A stretch of 64,000 bases of DNA from an uncultured Acidobacteriota bacterium (GTDB taxonomy: Bacteria > Acidobacteriota > Thermoanaerobaculia > UBA5066 > DATFVB01). The notes under the pieces are model-generated. The model did not search any database, was not told where the DNA came from, and saw nothing but the letters and a program-made list of their open reading frames with translations. The position numbers and the translations under genes are program-made. The stretch is taken from the NCBI GenBank assembly GCA_963813155.1, contig CAWEYG010000002.1, positions 1 through 64,000 on the forward strand, given 5' to 3'. Positions within the stretch are counted from its first letter, which is position 1, and each line of letters opens with the position of its first letter. Positions 10,469-20,078 of the stretch are shown here, one piece after another.

Positions 10469-13400
10469 TTGGCCGTTACTGACGTGAAGGAAAACCAGCT
10501 GTCCGAGAGGATCCTCGAAGAATACGGGATCAATGCCGACTACGTCCGCGAGCTGCTGGGCCAATACCGGACCGACCCGAATCTCGTGCCGGCGGACTGG
10601 CGAGAGTACTTCGCGACGCTGACGGGCGAAACGACCCCGGCCCCGCCCGCTCCCCCGCCCCCGATCGCCGCTCCCGCACATGCCGACGCGAAGCCGCTGA
10701 ATTCCCCTCTCCCGGCGGGCAGCCTCCAGAACGAAGCGTCAACGCGGGAGAGTGGCCGAAGGCCGGGTGAGGGGGGCGCGGCTGCGCCGCCGGCGGAGAC
10801 CCCGGGCCGACAAGCGATTCGCGGGGCCGCGCTGCGGACCGCCCAGAACATGATCGCGAGTCTCGAAGTGCCGACCGCGACCTCGCAGCGGATCGTCTCG
10901 ATCAAGCTGCTGGAGGAGAACCGGCGCCTCCTCAACGACTACCGGGCCGGCAACGACCAGTCAAAGATCTCGTTCACCCACCTGATCGCCTGGGCGGTCG
11001 TTCGGGCGCTCGTCGATTTTCCCCGCTTGAATGACGCGTTCACGGAAACCGCGGGCCAGCCGGAGCGCCTGTCGCGCGACCGCATCGCGCTGGGAATCGC
11101 CGTCGACGTCGAGCGGAAGGATGGAACGCGGTCGCTTCTCGTTCCGAACGTCAAGGACGCGGGGTCGATCGGCTTCGCCCGATTCCTCGCGGCTTCGGAC
11201 GACGCGATCGGGCGAGCCCGGGCCGGCAAATCGACGCTCGACGATTTCGCCGGCACCACGGTGTCGCTGACGAACCCGGGCCCCATGGGGACGACCGCCT
11301 CCGTCGCGCGCCTCATGCCCGGCCAGGGGCTGATCGTCGCGACGGGCGCGATCGACTATCCCGCGGGCTTCTCCGCGCTGGCGCCGGCCGCGATCTCGCG
11401 CCTCGGCGTCAGCAAGGTGATGACCCTCTCCTGCACGTACGACCATCGGATCATCCAGGGCGCGGAATCGGGGAGCTTCCTCGGCCGGATCGACGCGCTG
11501 CTGCACGGCGAAGACGGTTTCTACGAATCGATTTTTTCGGATCTGGAGATCCCCTACCGGCCGCTGAAGTGGGCCGTGGACAACAACCCCGCGATCCTCG
11601 GGAGCGAATCCTCGGGAACGCGGGAGATGGAAAAGCAGGCGCGGGTCCTGGAGCTCATCAACGCGTACCGCGTGCGCGGCCACCTGATTGCCGATATCGA
11701 CCCGCTCCGGGCCACGCAAGTTCGCAACGTCCCCGAGCTCGACCTCGAGACCTACGGCTTGACGATCTGGGACCTCGACCGGGAGTTCATCACCGGCGGC
11801 CTCGGCGGATCCGAGATGTTGCCCCTTCGGGCCATTCTCGAAATCCTCCGGCGCTCGTATTGCGGGAAGGTCGGCGTGGAATACCGGTTCATCCAGGACG
11901 CGGCGGAAAAGGAATGGCTCCGGCGCCGGATCGGAGCCGTGCCGGAGCCGCCGGCCGCCGAGGTGCGAAAGAAGATCCTCTGGAAGCTGCTGTCCGCCGA
12001 ATCCTTCGAGCGCTTTCTCCACAACCGTTTTCTCGGGCAGAAGCGATTCTCGATCGAAGGCAACGAGACGCTCATCCCTCTGCTGGACCAGCTCGTCGAC
12101 GGGGCGGGCCGCCGCGGCGTGGAGCAGATCACGATCGGCATGTCGCACCGGGGACGCCTCAACGTGATCGCGAACGTCGTCGGACATTTCTGCGAGCGGA
12201 TCTTCGCCAGCTTCGAGGGGATCGTCCACCCGGACTTTCCGACCGACGAAGGAGACGTGAAGTACCACCGCGGAGCGCGGGGCGAGCGCGCCGTCGAAGG
12301 CGGGCGCCGGGTCGCGATCGAGGTCGTTCCGAACCCGTCCCACCTCGAGTTCGTGGACCCGGTCGTGGAAGGCATCGTCCGGGCGCGGCAGGACGCGGCG
12401 GGCCACGGCCCGGAAGTCTGGAACCGGATGCTCCCCGTGCTCATCCACGGCGACGCGGCGTTTGCCGGGCAGGGAATCGTGGCGGAGACTTTCAATCTCT
12501 CGCAGTTGAAGGGATACCGCACCGGAGGAACGATTCACGTCGTCGTCAACAACCAGATCGGCTTCACGACGCTGCCCGACCAGAGCCGCTCGTCGCTGTA
12601 TTCCACCGACATGGCGAAGATCAATCAGGTTCCGATCTTCCACGTCAACGCCGACGACCCCGAGGCCGCGCACCGCGTGCTGCAGATCGCCCTCGACTAC
12701 CGGCAGGAGTTCCACAAGGACATCGTGCTCGACCTCGTCGGGTTCCGGCGACACGGCCACAACGAAGGCGACGAGCCGAGCTACACGCAGCCTCTCATGT
12801 ACGACAGGGTCCGGGAACACCCGGGGGTGTTTTCGATCTACGCGCGGAAACTCGTTCGCGAGAGAGTCCTCACGGAGCCGGAAATCGAAGAGCTCAAGGC
12901 CGAACGCCTCCGCCGGTACGAGGCCGCGCTTGTGCGAGCGAAGGAAATCGCCGCGAAGGAGGGGCCCGGCGCGGCCTCCGAACCGGACCGGAGCGCGGCC
13001 CCGGCTTCCTCGCCGGAAACGGGAGTCGCGGGCGACGCGCTCGAACGGATCGGAACCGCCCTGACGCGGGTGCCGGCGGGGTTCACCCTGAACCCGAAAG
13101 TCGTCGGCCTCCTCGGGCGGCGCGCGAAAATCACGGCCGGCCAGCAGCCAGCCGACTGGGCGGTGGCCGAATCGCTCGCGTTCGGCTCCCTGCTCGTCGA
13201 CGGCGTTTCGATCCGATTCTCGGGCGAGGACACGACCCGCGGCACGTTTTCGCAGAGGCACATGATCCTTCACGACACGAAGACCGGCCAGACGTGGACG
13301 CCGCTCGCGAAGCTCGCGGAATCCGCGCCGGCGGGCGCCCGGTTCGCGGTGTACGACAGCGCCCTCTCGGAAGCCGGCGTGCTCGGCTTCGAATACGGAT

Positions 13401-14164
13401 ACAGCGTCGCTTCCCCCCGGACGGTCACCCTCTGGGAAGCGCAGTACGGCGATTTCGTCAACGTCGCGCAGGTGATCGTCGATCAGTTCGTCGCGTCCGG
13501 GGAGGAGAAATGGGGCCAGAAGAGCCGGCTCGTGCTCCTTCTTCCGCACGGCCAGGAAGGGCAGGGCCCGGAGCACTCGAGCGCCCGGCCCGAACGGTTT
13601 CTCGAGCTTGCGGTCGGAGACAACCTCTCCGTATGCCAGCCCACGACGGCCGCGCAGTACTTCCATCTGCTTCGCCGACAGGGACGCCAGGAGCAGGCCC
13701 GGCCCCTCGTCGTTCTCACGCCGAAAAGCATGCTGCGGCTCGCGAGTTCGTTCTCCCCGCTCGAGGCCCTGACCGTGGGAAAGTTCGCTGCCGTGCTGCC
13801 CGATGAAGGACGAGACGGCGCGAAGCGTCTCGTCCTCTGCAGCGGGAAGCTCTACTACGACCTTGCCGCGGCGAGATCGAAAATGAGCGCTCCGGCGGCA
13901 ATCGCCCGCCTGGAGCAGCTCGCTCCCCTCGCGGAAGAGGAGATCGCGAAGCTCGCGTCACCCGCCGTCGAATCGATCGTCTGGGCCCAGGAAGAGCCCG
14001 AGAACATGGGAGCCTGGAACTTCCTCCGCCCGCGGCTCGCGAAGATCTTCCCCGGAATCGAGATCGAGGTCGTCGCCCGTCCCGCGAGCTCGAGCCCCGC
14101 GACGGGCACGTTTTCGGTCTTCCAGCGCGAACAGGAAGAGATCGTCCGGAAGGCGCTGGGGTAA
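10469..14164 (+). CDS. kgd: Multifunctional 2-oxoglutarate dehydrogenase E1 fused to an E2 acyltransferase domain (Kgd/OdhA type)
   Basis: N-terminal SucA helix, acyltransferase motif YDHRIIQGAESG, ThDP motif HGDAAFAGQG, GHNEGD, LWEAQYGDF and GPEHSSAR. Confidence 0.92.
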   Translation: MAVTDVKENQLSERILEEYGINADYVRELLGQYRTDPNLVPADWREYFATLTGETTPAPPAPPPPIAAPAHADAKPLNSPLPAGSLQNEASTRESGRRPGEGGAAAPPAETPGRQAIRGAALRTAQNMIASLEVPTATSQRIVSIKLLEENRRLLNDYRAGNDQSKISFTHLIAWAVVRALVDFPRLNDAFTETAGQPERLSRDRIALGIAVDVERKDGTRSLLVPNVKDAGSIGFARFLAASDDAIGRARAGKSTLDDFAGTTVSLTNPGPMGTTASVARLMPGQGLIVATGAIDYPAGFSALAPAAISRLGVSKVMTLSCTYDHRIIQGAESGSFLGRIDALLHGEDGFYESIFSDLEIPYRPLKWAVDNNPAILGSESSGTREMEKQARVLELINAYRVRGHLIADIDPLRATQVRNVPELDLETYGLTIWDLDREFITGGLGGSEMLPLRAILEILRRSYCGKVGVEYRFIQDAAEKEWLRRRIGAVPEPPAAEVRKKILWKLLSAESFERFLHNRFLGQKRFSIEGNETLIPLLDQLVDGAGRRGVEQITIGMSHRGRLNVIANVVGHFCERIFASFEGIVHPDFPTDEGDVKYHRGARGERAVEGGRRVAIEVVPNPSHLEFVDPVVEGIVRARQDAAGHGPEVWNRMLPVLIHGDAAFAGQGIVAETFNLSQLKGYRTGGTIHVVVNNQIGFTTLPDQSRSSLYSTDMAKINQVPIFHVNADDPEAAHRVLQIALDYRQEFHKDIVLDLVGFRRHGHNEGDEPSYTQPLMYDRVREHPGVFSIYARKLVRERVLTEPEIEELKAERLRRYEAALVRAKEIAAKEGPGAASEPDRSAAPASSPETGVAGDALERIGTALTRVPAGFTLNPKVVGLLGRRAKITAGQQPADWAVAESLAFGSLLVDGVSIRFSGEDTTRGTFSQRHMILHDTKTGQTWTPLAKLAESAPAGARFAVYDSALSEAGVLGFEYGYSVASPRTVTLWEAQYGDFVNVAQVIVDQFVASGEEKWGQKSRLVLLLPHGQEGQGPEHSSARPERFLELAVGDNLSVCQPTTAAQYFHLLRRQGRQEQARPLVVLTPKSMLRLASSFSPLEALTVGKFAAVLPDEGRDGAKRLVLCSGKLYYDLAAARSKMSAPAAIARLEQLAPLAEEEIAKLASPAVESIVWAQEEPENMGAWNFLRPRLAKIFPGIEIEVVARPASSSPATGTFSVFQREQEEIVRKALG
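10704..10774 (+). repeat. REP-like palindromic element inserted in-frame in kgd
   Basis: CCCCTCTCCCG..CGGGAGAG-TGGCCGAAGGCC-GGGTGAGGGG, the same architecture as the intergenic repeats at 44.7-46.4 kb. Confidence 0.75.
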
Positions 14165-14194
14165 ACCCCACTCCCGGCGCAATATCATTCACCC

Positions 14195-15900
14195 GTGATC
14201 GCCGCGCTTACGTTCCTGGCTGCAACCACGGCGCTCGCGCCGATCCGCGACGGTTATCTCGATCTCTACTTCCGGACCTTTCCCACCGCCGCCGTGCAGG
14301 CGGGGCGCCACGACCACGACCGCGAGCTGGAGCACCTGACTCCCGACGTCTTTCGCCGCTGGCTCGCGGCGAACCGGGAAATCCGCACGCGGCTGTCTCC
14401 CTGGCTCGGCCCGGCCGCGAACCGGTGGCTCGCTGGACGACCGGCTCGACGCCGAGGCGCTGGCCCGGCAGATCGACCGCGAAATTCACGATCTCGAGGT
14501 TCGAAGAGCGGCCCTGGAGGGATCCGCTGTACTGGACCGAGATCCTCGGGAACGCCGACGTGTTTCTCCTGGTTCGCGACGATCGCCCCGAGCCGGAACG
14601 GATCGCGGCGGTCCGGGAACGCACGCTCCGGGTTCCGAGGCTCGCGGCCGACGCCGAGGCCGCGATGTCGCGCACCCCGAAAACCGACATCGCGCCGGAG
14701 CTGTGCCGGATTGCCGCGGAGCAGGCCCGCGCGGGCGCGGCGTTCTTTCGGGACGGCCTTCCGAAATTCGCGCCGCGGGACTCCGGCCTGCGCCGCGCGG
14801 CTCTCGAGGCGGCGCCGGCGCTCGATCGCCTCGCGCGATTCTTCGACCGGTTGACGCGCGAGGCCACCGGATCTCCCCGGCTCGGACGCGAGTATGCCGA
14901 GACGTTTCGCCTGTCGACGGGGTGGACGGAGAGCCCCGACCAGGTTCTCGCGGAAGCGGAGCGGGAGCTCTCCGCGAAACGGGACGAGGCCGCGAGTTTC
15001 GGGCGATCGGCGTGGAACGGGATCTTTCCCGGCGAGGCCGCGCCGGCGAGCGACGTCGACGTGCTCCGCCGCCTGTTTTCCCGGGTGGCGGAGGACCGCG
15101 CGAGGAGCACCGAAGAGCTCGTCGGCGACTATCGCGACCTCGTGACGCGCCTCGACGCGTTCCTCCGGGAGAAAGACGTGATCACTCTTCCCGAGCCGCT
15201 GACGCTCTGGAGCGGGCCTTCGCCCGGATTTTTCGTCGGGCAGAGCGTCGGCGGAATCTATGCGGCCGGGCCCTACTCACCCGGAGCGAAAACGCTCTGG
15301 TTCCTGCCGACGCCTCCCGATTCCGCGAGCGCCGCGGAGAAGGACGCGTTCTTCCGCGATTTCAACCGCCACTTCGGCGTGATGATCACGCCGCACGAGA
15401 CGCTTCCGGGCCATTACGTCCAGCTGAAATACGCGGCGCGCTCGCCCCACAGGGTCCGGGCGCTTTTCGCCGACGGCGTCTTCGTCGAGGGGTGGGGAAC
15501 GTTTTGCGAGAGGCTGATGCTCGATCAGGGATGGGGAGGCCCGCTCGACAGAATCGCCCATTTGAAAAAACAGATGGAGAACATCGCCCGCACCGTCGCC
15601 GACATCCGCGTCCATACCCGGGGCATGACGCGGGAGGAGCTCGTCCGCTTCGCCCGGGAAGACGCCCTTCAGGACGACCAGTTCGCGGGAAACATGTGGA
15701 CGCGTTCGATCACGAGCGCGCCGCAGCTCACGTTCTATTCTCTCGGCTACCGGGAAGTCCGGGGGCTCTTCGACGAAGTCCGCGCGGCCCGCGGTCCCGC
15801 GTTCCGGCTCAAGGAATTCATGGATGGGATGATGGCGCTGGGTCCGGTGCCGATCCGGCACTACCGGGCCCTCTTTGGTCTGGAGGACGAATCGCGATGA
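14195..15900 (+). CDS. DUF885 family putative metallopeptidase, frameshift near 14430-14470
   Basis: Signal peptide in the 5' frame; HETLPGHYVQ, FVEGWG and PQLTFYSLG in the 3' frame. Confidence 0.8.
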
Positions 15901-16834
15901 GCGGCTGGCCGTCCACCGGATAGCCGGCTTCGACCCACGCGTCGAATCCGCCCGCGAGAGGCCGCACCCGAACGAATCCTTTGTCCATCAGAAGGCGCGC
16001 CACACGGGCGGCCGATGCTTCGTTGGGTCAGGTGCAGTAGAGAACGATCTCCCGGTTCATCGGAAGGGCGGCGACCTCCTGGTCGAGATCCTCGAGCACG
16101 ATCCGCAACGCCCCGGGGACATGGCGCGGGTCCCGAAGGAACGAAGCCTGGCTCCGAGCATCGACGATCACGGGATCGCGCCCCTCGTCGATGAGCCGGC
16201 GGACCTCGTCGACCGAAATCCTGGCCATTCGGAGGAAATGGTAGAACCGGCGCCGCTGCCACCACTTCCAGGCGACGAAAAGGACGAGCGCCGCTCCGGC
16301 GGCGATCAGCGCCCAGAAGCCCATCCCCTCGAGAAATTCCGCGACCCGGTCGATCGCGCGGTGAAACAGGTGGCCCGCGAGAAGGCCCGAGCCGGCCCAC
16401 AGCAGGGCTCCGCCGCCGTCGTAGAGGAGAAAAGGGAGAAATCCCGCTCCCACGGCTCCCGCCAGAGGCGGCGCCACGGTCGAGAAGCCGGGAACGAATT
16501 TCGCGAAGAGCAGAGAGCGCAACCCGTGGCGCTCGAAGAGAGATTCGGTCTGGCGCACGCACGAGTCGGGAGAGAGCGAGACGCTGCAAACCGTCTTCAG
16601 AATCCGGTAGCCGTGTCTTCGGCCGAGGAGGAACCACACGGCGTCGGCGAGCAGAGAGGCGACGAGCGCGAGAAGGATCAGGATCGGGCCGGAGAGCTTC
16701 CCCTCGGCCGCGAGAGCGCCGGCCGCGACGAGCGTCGGAATGGCCGGGATCGGCAGTCCGATCTGTTCGAGGAAAACATTGGCGAAAACGAGCGGAAGCC
16801 CGTACCGCGCGACGTGGAGAAACAATTCGTGCAT
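15818..16834 (-). CDS. DedA/VTT membrane protein fused to a rhodanese domain; putative selenoprotein (UGA at 16028-16030)
   Basis: DedA motifs (EQIGLPIPA, AKFVPG). Reading through the TGA gives IVLYCT-U-PNEASAARVARLLMDKGF..VRPLAGGFDAW, a complete rhodanese domain in the same frame. Confidence 0.85.
15974..16018 (-). promoter_or_regulatory. Candidate bacterial SECIS hairpin
   Basis: After the UGA the mRNA reads CAUC-GGC-CGCC-[CGUGU]-GGCG-C-GCC-UUCU-GAUG. The G-containing apical loop begins about 21 nt after the UGA. Folded by eye only. Confidence 0.55.
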
Positions 16835-16859
16835 CGACCGTGGATGCTACACCGGCGGA

Positions 16860-17030
16860 TCAGTCTTCTTCGGTCGGCTTCTCCGGGGGTCGGGGACGTT
16901 CTTTGGGAAAGTCGACATTTCCGCATTTCGGACAACGGAAATAGTCCTCCAGAATCGCTCGATCGGTCAGGTTGATGAGCGTCGTCTCCCCGCATTTCGA
17001 ACACTTCACCGCAATCCGTGGCTCGCTCAT
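16860..17030 (-). CDS. 56-aa zinc-ribbon microprotein (CSKCG...CPKCG)
   Basis: Absent from the ORF track. Sequence MSEPRIAVKCSKCGETTLINLTDRAILEDYFRCPKCGNVDFPKERPRPPEKPTEED, with a strong GGAGGTG SD just upstream of the ATG. Confidence 0.75.
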   Translation of the reverse strand: MSEPRIAVKCSKCGETTLINLTDRAILEDYFRCPKCGNVDFPKERPRPPEKPTEED

Positions 17031-17287
17031 TTCACCTCCAAGGCGGAGTTGCCAATAGTCGGTACCCCACCCAGAATTCAGCTTGAGCGTTTCACCAGAT
17101 TAGCATCGCAAGACTCACGCCAAAAATTGATCTTCCGTAACTTATTGAAAAAGAATAAACAATAACGGAACTCACTCATTAACCGACGATTTCTGTCACC
17201 ATGAATACGTCAGGAATGACAAATCGGATTCAAAAGCCCGGCGGCAGGTGTCGACTTAATGTGCTCACCCGCCAGACCATTTCGCGT

Positions 17288-17956
17288 TCACTCTTTTGCC
17301 GGTCTCAGATGCCGGGCGCGCGCCTCCGCGACTCCGAAAACGAGCGCGAGCCAGCCGAATCCCAGGGCCCACCCGCCGAGCACGTCGGTGGGCCAGTGCA
17401 CCCCCAGGGCGATCCTCGAAAGTCCGATGAGGGAGGTCGCGAAGAACCCGAGAAAGAGAGCGCGGGCCGCGCACCGCTTCGATCGGCACGAGGCGGCCGC
17501 CAGCCCGGCGACGGCGCCGTAGAACACGGCGGACAGCGTCGAATGGCCGCTCGGGAACGAGAAGCCGATCGCCCGTGTCAGCGGATCGAACAGGTCGGGG
17601 CGCGCGCGCCGAAAAACCTGCTTCAGGACCTGCACCCAGATTTCGGCCCCGACGACGGCCACCAGGAACGCCCTCAGCCTCTGCGGAGCGCCGATTCGCG
17701 CGAGATAGACGGCGACGGCCGCCGAGGCCACGGCGAGGAACGGGGGGCCTCCGAGGAACGAAATCGCCCGGAGCAATCCGATGCCGGCGGACTGGAACCC
17801 GGTGTGAAAGCGGGTTTCGACCGTCGTGTCCACCCGAATCGAAAGAGCGAGCCTTCCCTGGCCGCGCGCCACCAGGCAGAAGAGAAACGCGAGCACCGCA
17901 GCCGCGAGAAAGAGCGTTTCCGCGAGCCGCCAGCCGCGGGCGGAGGAACGTGCCAT
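17288..17956 (-). CDS. PAP2 family phosphatase (undecaprenyl-PP phosphatase-like)
   Basis: Motifs KQVFRRARP, FPSGHS and SRIALGVHWPTDV. Confidence 0.9.
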   Translation of the reverse strand: MARSSARGWRLAETLFLAAAVLAFLFCLVARGQGRLALSIRVDTTVETRFHTGFQSAGIGLLRAISFLGGPPFLAVASAAVAVYLARIGAPQRLRAFLVAVVGAEIWVQVLKQVFRRARPDLFDPLTRAIGFSFPSGHSTLSAVFYGAVAGLAAASCRSKRCAARALFLGFFATSLIGLSRIALGVHWPTDVLGGWALGFGWLALVFGVAEARARHLRPAKE

Positions 17957-18023
17957 CCGATCATTCTACGAACTTTGCTGCGCCTCGGGCGCCGGTGGCA
18001 GTCGTCTTGCACACGGCCTCCCC

Positions 18024-18596
18024 GTGGCTCGCACGAAATCCTGGCCCGCGGCCCTGTCGGTGCTCGTGTTCTTTCTCGCCGGCGCAGCCGGCGCGATTTT
18101 CTGGGACCTTCGCGAACGCGCGGCGCCGCAGAAGAGCCTCTCCCCGGACCCCGTCCTCGTGCCGAAGGCTTCGAAGCCCGAGGCCCGCCCGCCGCAACGC
18201 GCGGCCGCCCCCTCCCACCCCGTCGCGCGTCCCGAAGCCAGGCGGTCCGACTCGGCGCCGCGGCCTCGAAAGACCGAGTCCCGGTTCGAAAGGGTCGGGA
18301 TCCCGATGGAATCGCGGGCGGCCTCCTCGGAGCACCCTGCCGCTGCGCTGAGCGAGGCGCGGGCGGCGAGGATTCTGAAGAGCCTCATCGAGACGCGCGG
18401 ATACTACGGCCTCTCCGCCGACTGTCTCCGGGAACGGCCGCTCGGATTTCGAAACGCCAGCTACGAATTCGAAATCGTCGCGACCAACTGCGCTTCGATC
18501 GCCCGCGGAGGCGTGATCGGCCGGTGGATCGTCGACGCAAACAGCGGCGAAGCCTCCTACCGCACCCCCGAAGGAACCTACCAGAGCGCGCCCTGA
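18024..18596 (+). CDS. Hypothetical membrane-anchored protein
   Basis: N-terminal TM segment, Pro/Arg-rich linker and a small C-terminal domain with two Cys. Start is uncertain. Confidence 0.5.
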   Translation: MARTKSWPAALSVLVFFLAGAAGAIFWDLRERAAPQKSLSPDPVLVPKASKPEARPPQRAAAPSHPVARPEARRSDSAPRPRKTESRFERVGIPMESRAASSEHPAAALSEARAARILKSLIETRGYYGLSADCLRERPLGFRNASYEFEIVATNCASIARGGVIGRWIVDANSGEASYRTPEGTYQSAP

Positions 18597-18606
18597 CCCT
18601 CCGACG

Positions 18607-19923
18607 TCAGGGTTTTGCGAACAGGTCGAGGAGCACCGCGGTTTCGGCTTCGATTCCCGTCCGGATCGTCGCGTCGGCGTCGGGAGCGAAAAACGGCGAG
18701 TGCAGGGAAGGGAGGATTTCCCCGGAGGCCTCCGCGCGGGCGAAGCGCTCGGGCTCCGTTGCGCCGAGGCGAAAGATGACGGACGGGACTCCCGCGATCG
18801 AGTACACGCTGAAATCTTCGGACGCGGTCTCGGGTGGGACCTCGAACACTCTCGTCGCCCCGAATTTCCCGCGGAGAGCGGCCGCCACCCGGGCCGTGAG
18901 AGCGGGATCGTTCACGGTCACCGAGGAGCTCACGTCGACGATCTTCATCTCGGGCGGACGAGGCGCGCCGGCGGCTTCCGCCTCGGCCTTCGCGATTCGT
19001 TCGATTCCGGAGAGCAGGCGGCGGCGCACGGGCTCGCGAAACGCGCGCACCGTGAGCTGCAGCTTCACGGAATCGGAGATGATGTTGTGTTTGGTGCCTC
19101 CATGGATCGAGCCGACCGTCACGATGGCCGGATCGAGAGGGTTGTTCTCGCGCGACACGAGCGTCTGGAGCGCCAGGATCGTCCGCGCCGCGATGACGAT
19201 CGGATCCACCGTCGCCTCCGGGTGCGCGCCGTGCCCCCCTTTTCCGTAGATCGTCAGATCGACCGAATCGGCGCTCGAAAGGGCCGGGCCCGACGTGTAT
19301 CCGACCGTCCCCGAAGCGAGTGAAGGAATGTCGTGCAGCGCAATGCAGAAGTCCGGCTTCGGGAACCTGGTGAAGAGGCCGTCGGCGAGCATTGCCTTTG
19401 CCCCCATCCCCCGTTCCTCCGCGGGTTGCGCGATGAAGACGAGCGTCCCTCGCCAGCCCGATTTCGATCTCGCCATCGCCTCGGCCGTCCCGACCCAGCA
19501 GGTCATGTGCACGTCGTGCCCGCAGGCATGCATCACCGGGACGTCGGCGCCCTGATCGTCTTTCGTGCGGACGCGGCTCGCGTACGGCAGGCCGGTCTTC
19601 TCTTCGACCGGCAGCGCATCGAGCTCGGTGCGGAGCATGACCGTCGGGCCGGCGCCGTTTCGCAGGACGCCGACGACGCCCGTTCCGCCCACGCGCTCCG
19701 TGACATCGAACCCGAGCCGGCGAAGCCGCTCCGCCATTTTCGCGGCCGTCTTCTCCTCGTGGAGCGACAGTTCCGGATTGCGGTGAAGGTCCACGTACAG
19801 GTCGTGGAGCTCGGGCGAGAGCGCGGCGGACGAAGCCGGCGCGGCGTTCGGCTGGCCGAGAACCGCGCCGGAAAAAGCGAAGAGAAGCGACCCGACGAGC
19901 ACCGCCAGCGGGGTTCCACGCAT
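18607..19923 (-). CDS. M20 family amidohydrolase
   Basis: Motifs LHRNPELS, ELDALP, MHACGHD, QPAEE and SEDFS; GGAGG RBS; signal peptide. Confidence 0.92.
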   Translation of the reverse strand: MRGTPLAVLVGSLLFAFSGAVLGQPNAAPASSAALSPELHDLYVDLHRNPELSLHEEKTAAKMAERLRRLGFDVTERVGGTGVVGVLRNGAGPTVMLRTELDALPVEEKTGLPYASRVRTKDDQGADVPVMHACGHDVHMTCWVGTAEAMARSKSGWRGTLVFIAQPAEERGMGAKAMLADGLFTRFPKPDFCIALHDIPSLASGTVGYTSGPALSSADSVDLTIYGKGGHGAHPEATVDPIVIAARTILALQTLVSRENNPLDPAIVTVGSIHGGTKHNIISDSVKLQLTVRAFREPVRRRLLSGIERIAKAEAEAAGAPRPPEMKIVDVSSSVTVNDPALTARVAAALRGKFGATRVFEVPPETASEDFSVYSIAGVPSVIFRLGATEPERFARAEASGEILPSLHSPFFAPDADATIRTGIEAETAVLLDLFAKP

Positions 19924-19962
19924 GCGCACCTCCGGGAAAAGGCCGGTCTTTCGATATCCATC

Positions 19963-20049
19963 TGGTGCGAGAACCCGGACTTGAACCGGGACGGGGTTTC
20001 CCCCACGAGGTCCTAAGCCTCGCGCGTCTGCCAATTCCGCCATTCTCGC
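19963..20049 (-). tRNA. tRNA-Leu(UAG)
   Basis: GCGAGAATGGCGGAATTGGCAGACGC; anticodon arm CGAGG-CTTAGGA-CCTCG; long variable arm; GGTTCAAGTCC; encoded CCA. Confidence 0.96.
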
Positions 20050-20078
20050 GGCGGGGAAATGGTACCGCGAAGGCGGGC

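Noticed and set aside
16028-16030. Genome-wide UGA reassignment (Trp or Gly)
   Set aside because: Many genes end properly at TGA, including ATGA/GTGA overlaps (hemE/hemN, hemN/hemH, mlaE/mlaF). Only this site, at a Cys-equivalent position, suggests readthrough.
19963-20049. Integrative element at tRNA-Leu
   Set aside because: No duplicate of its 3' end, no integrase and no compositional shift were seen downstream.
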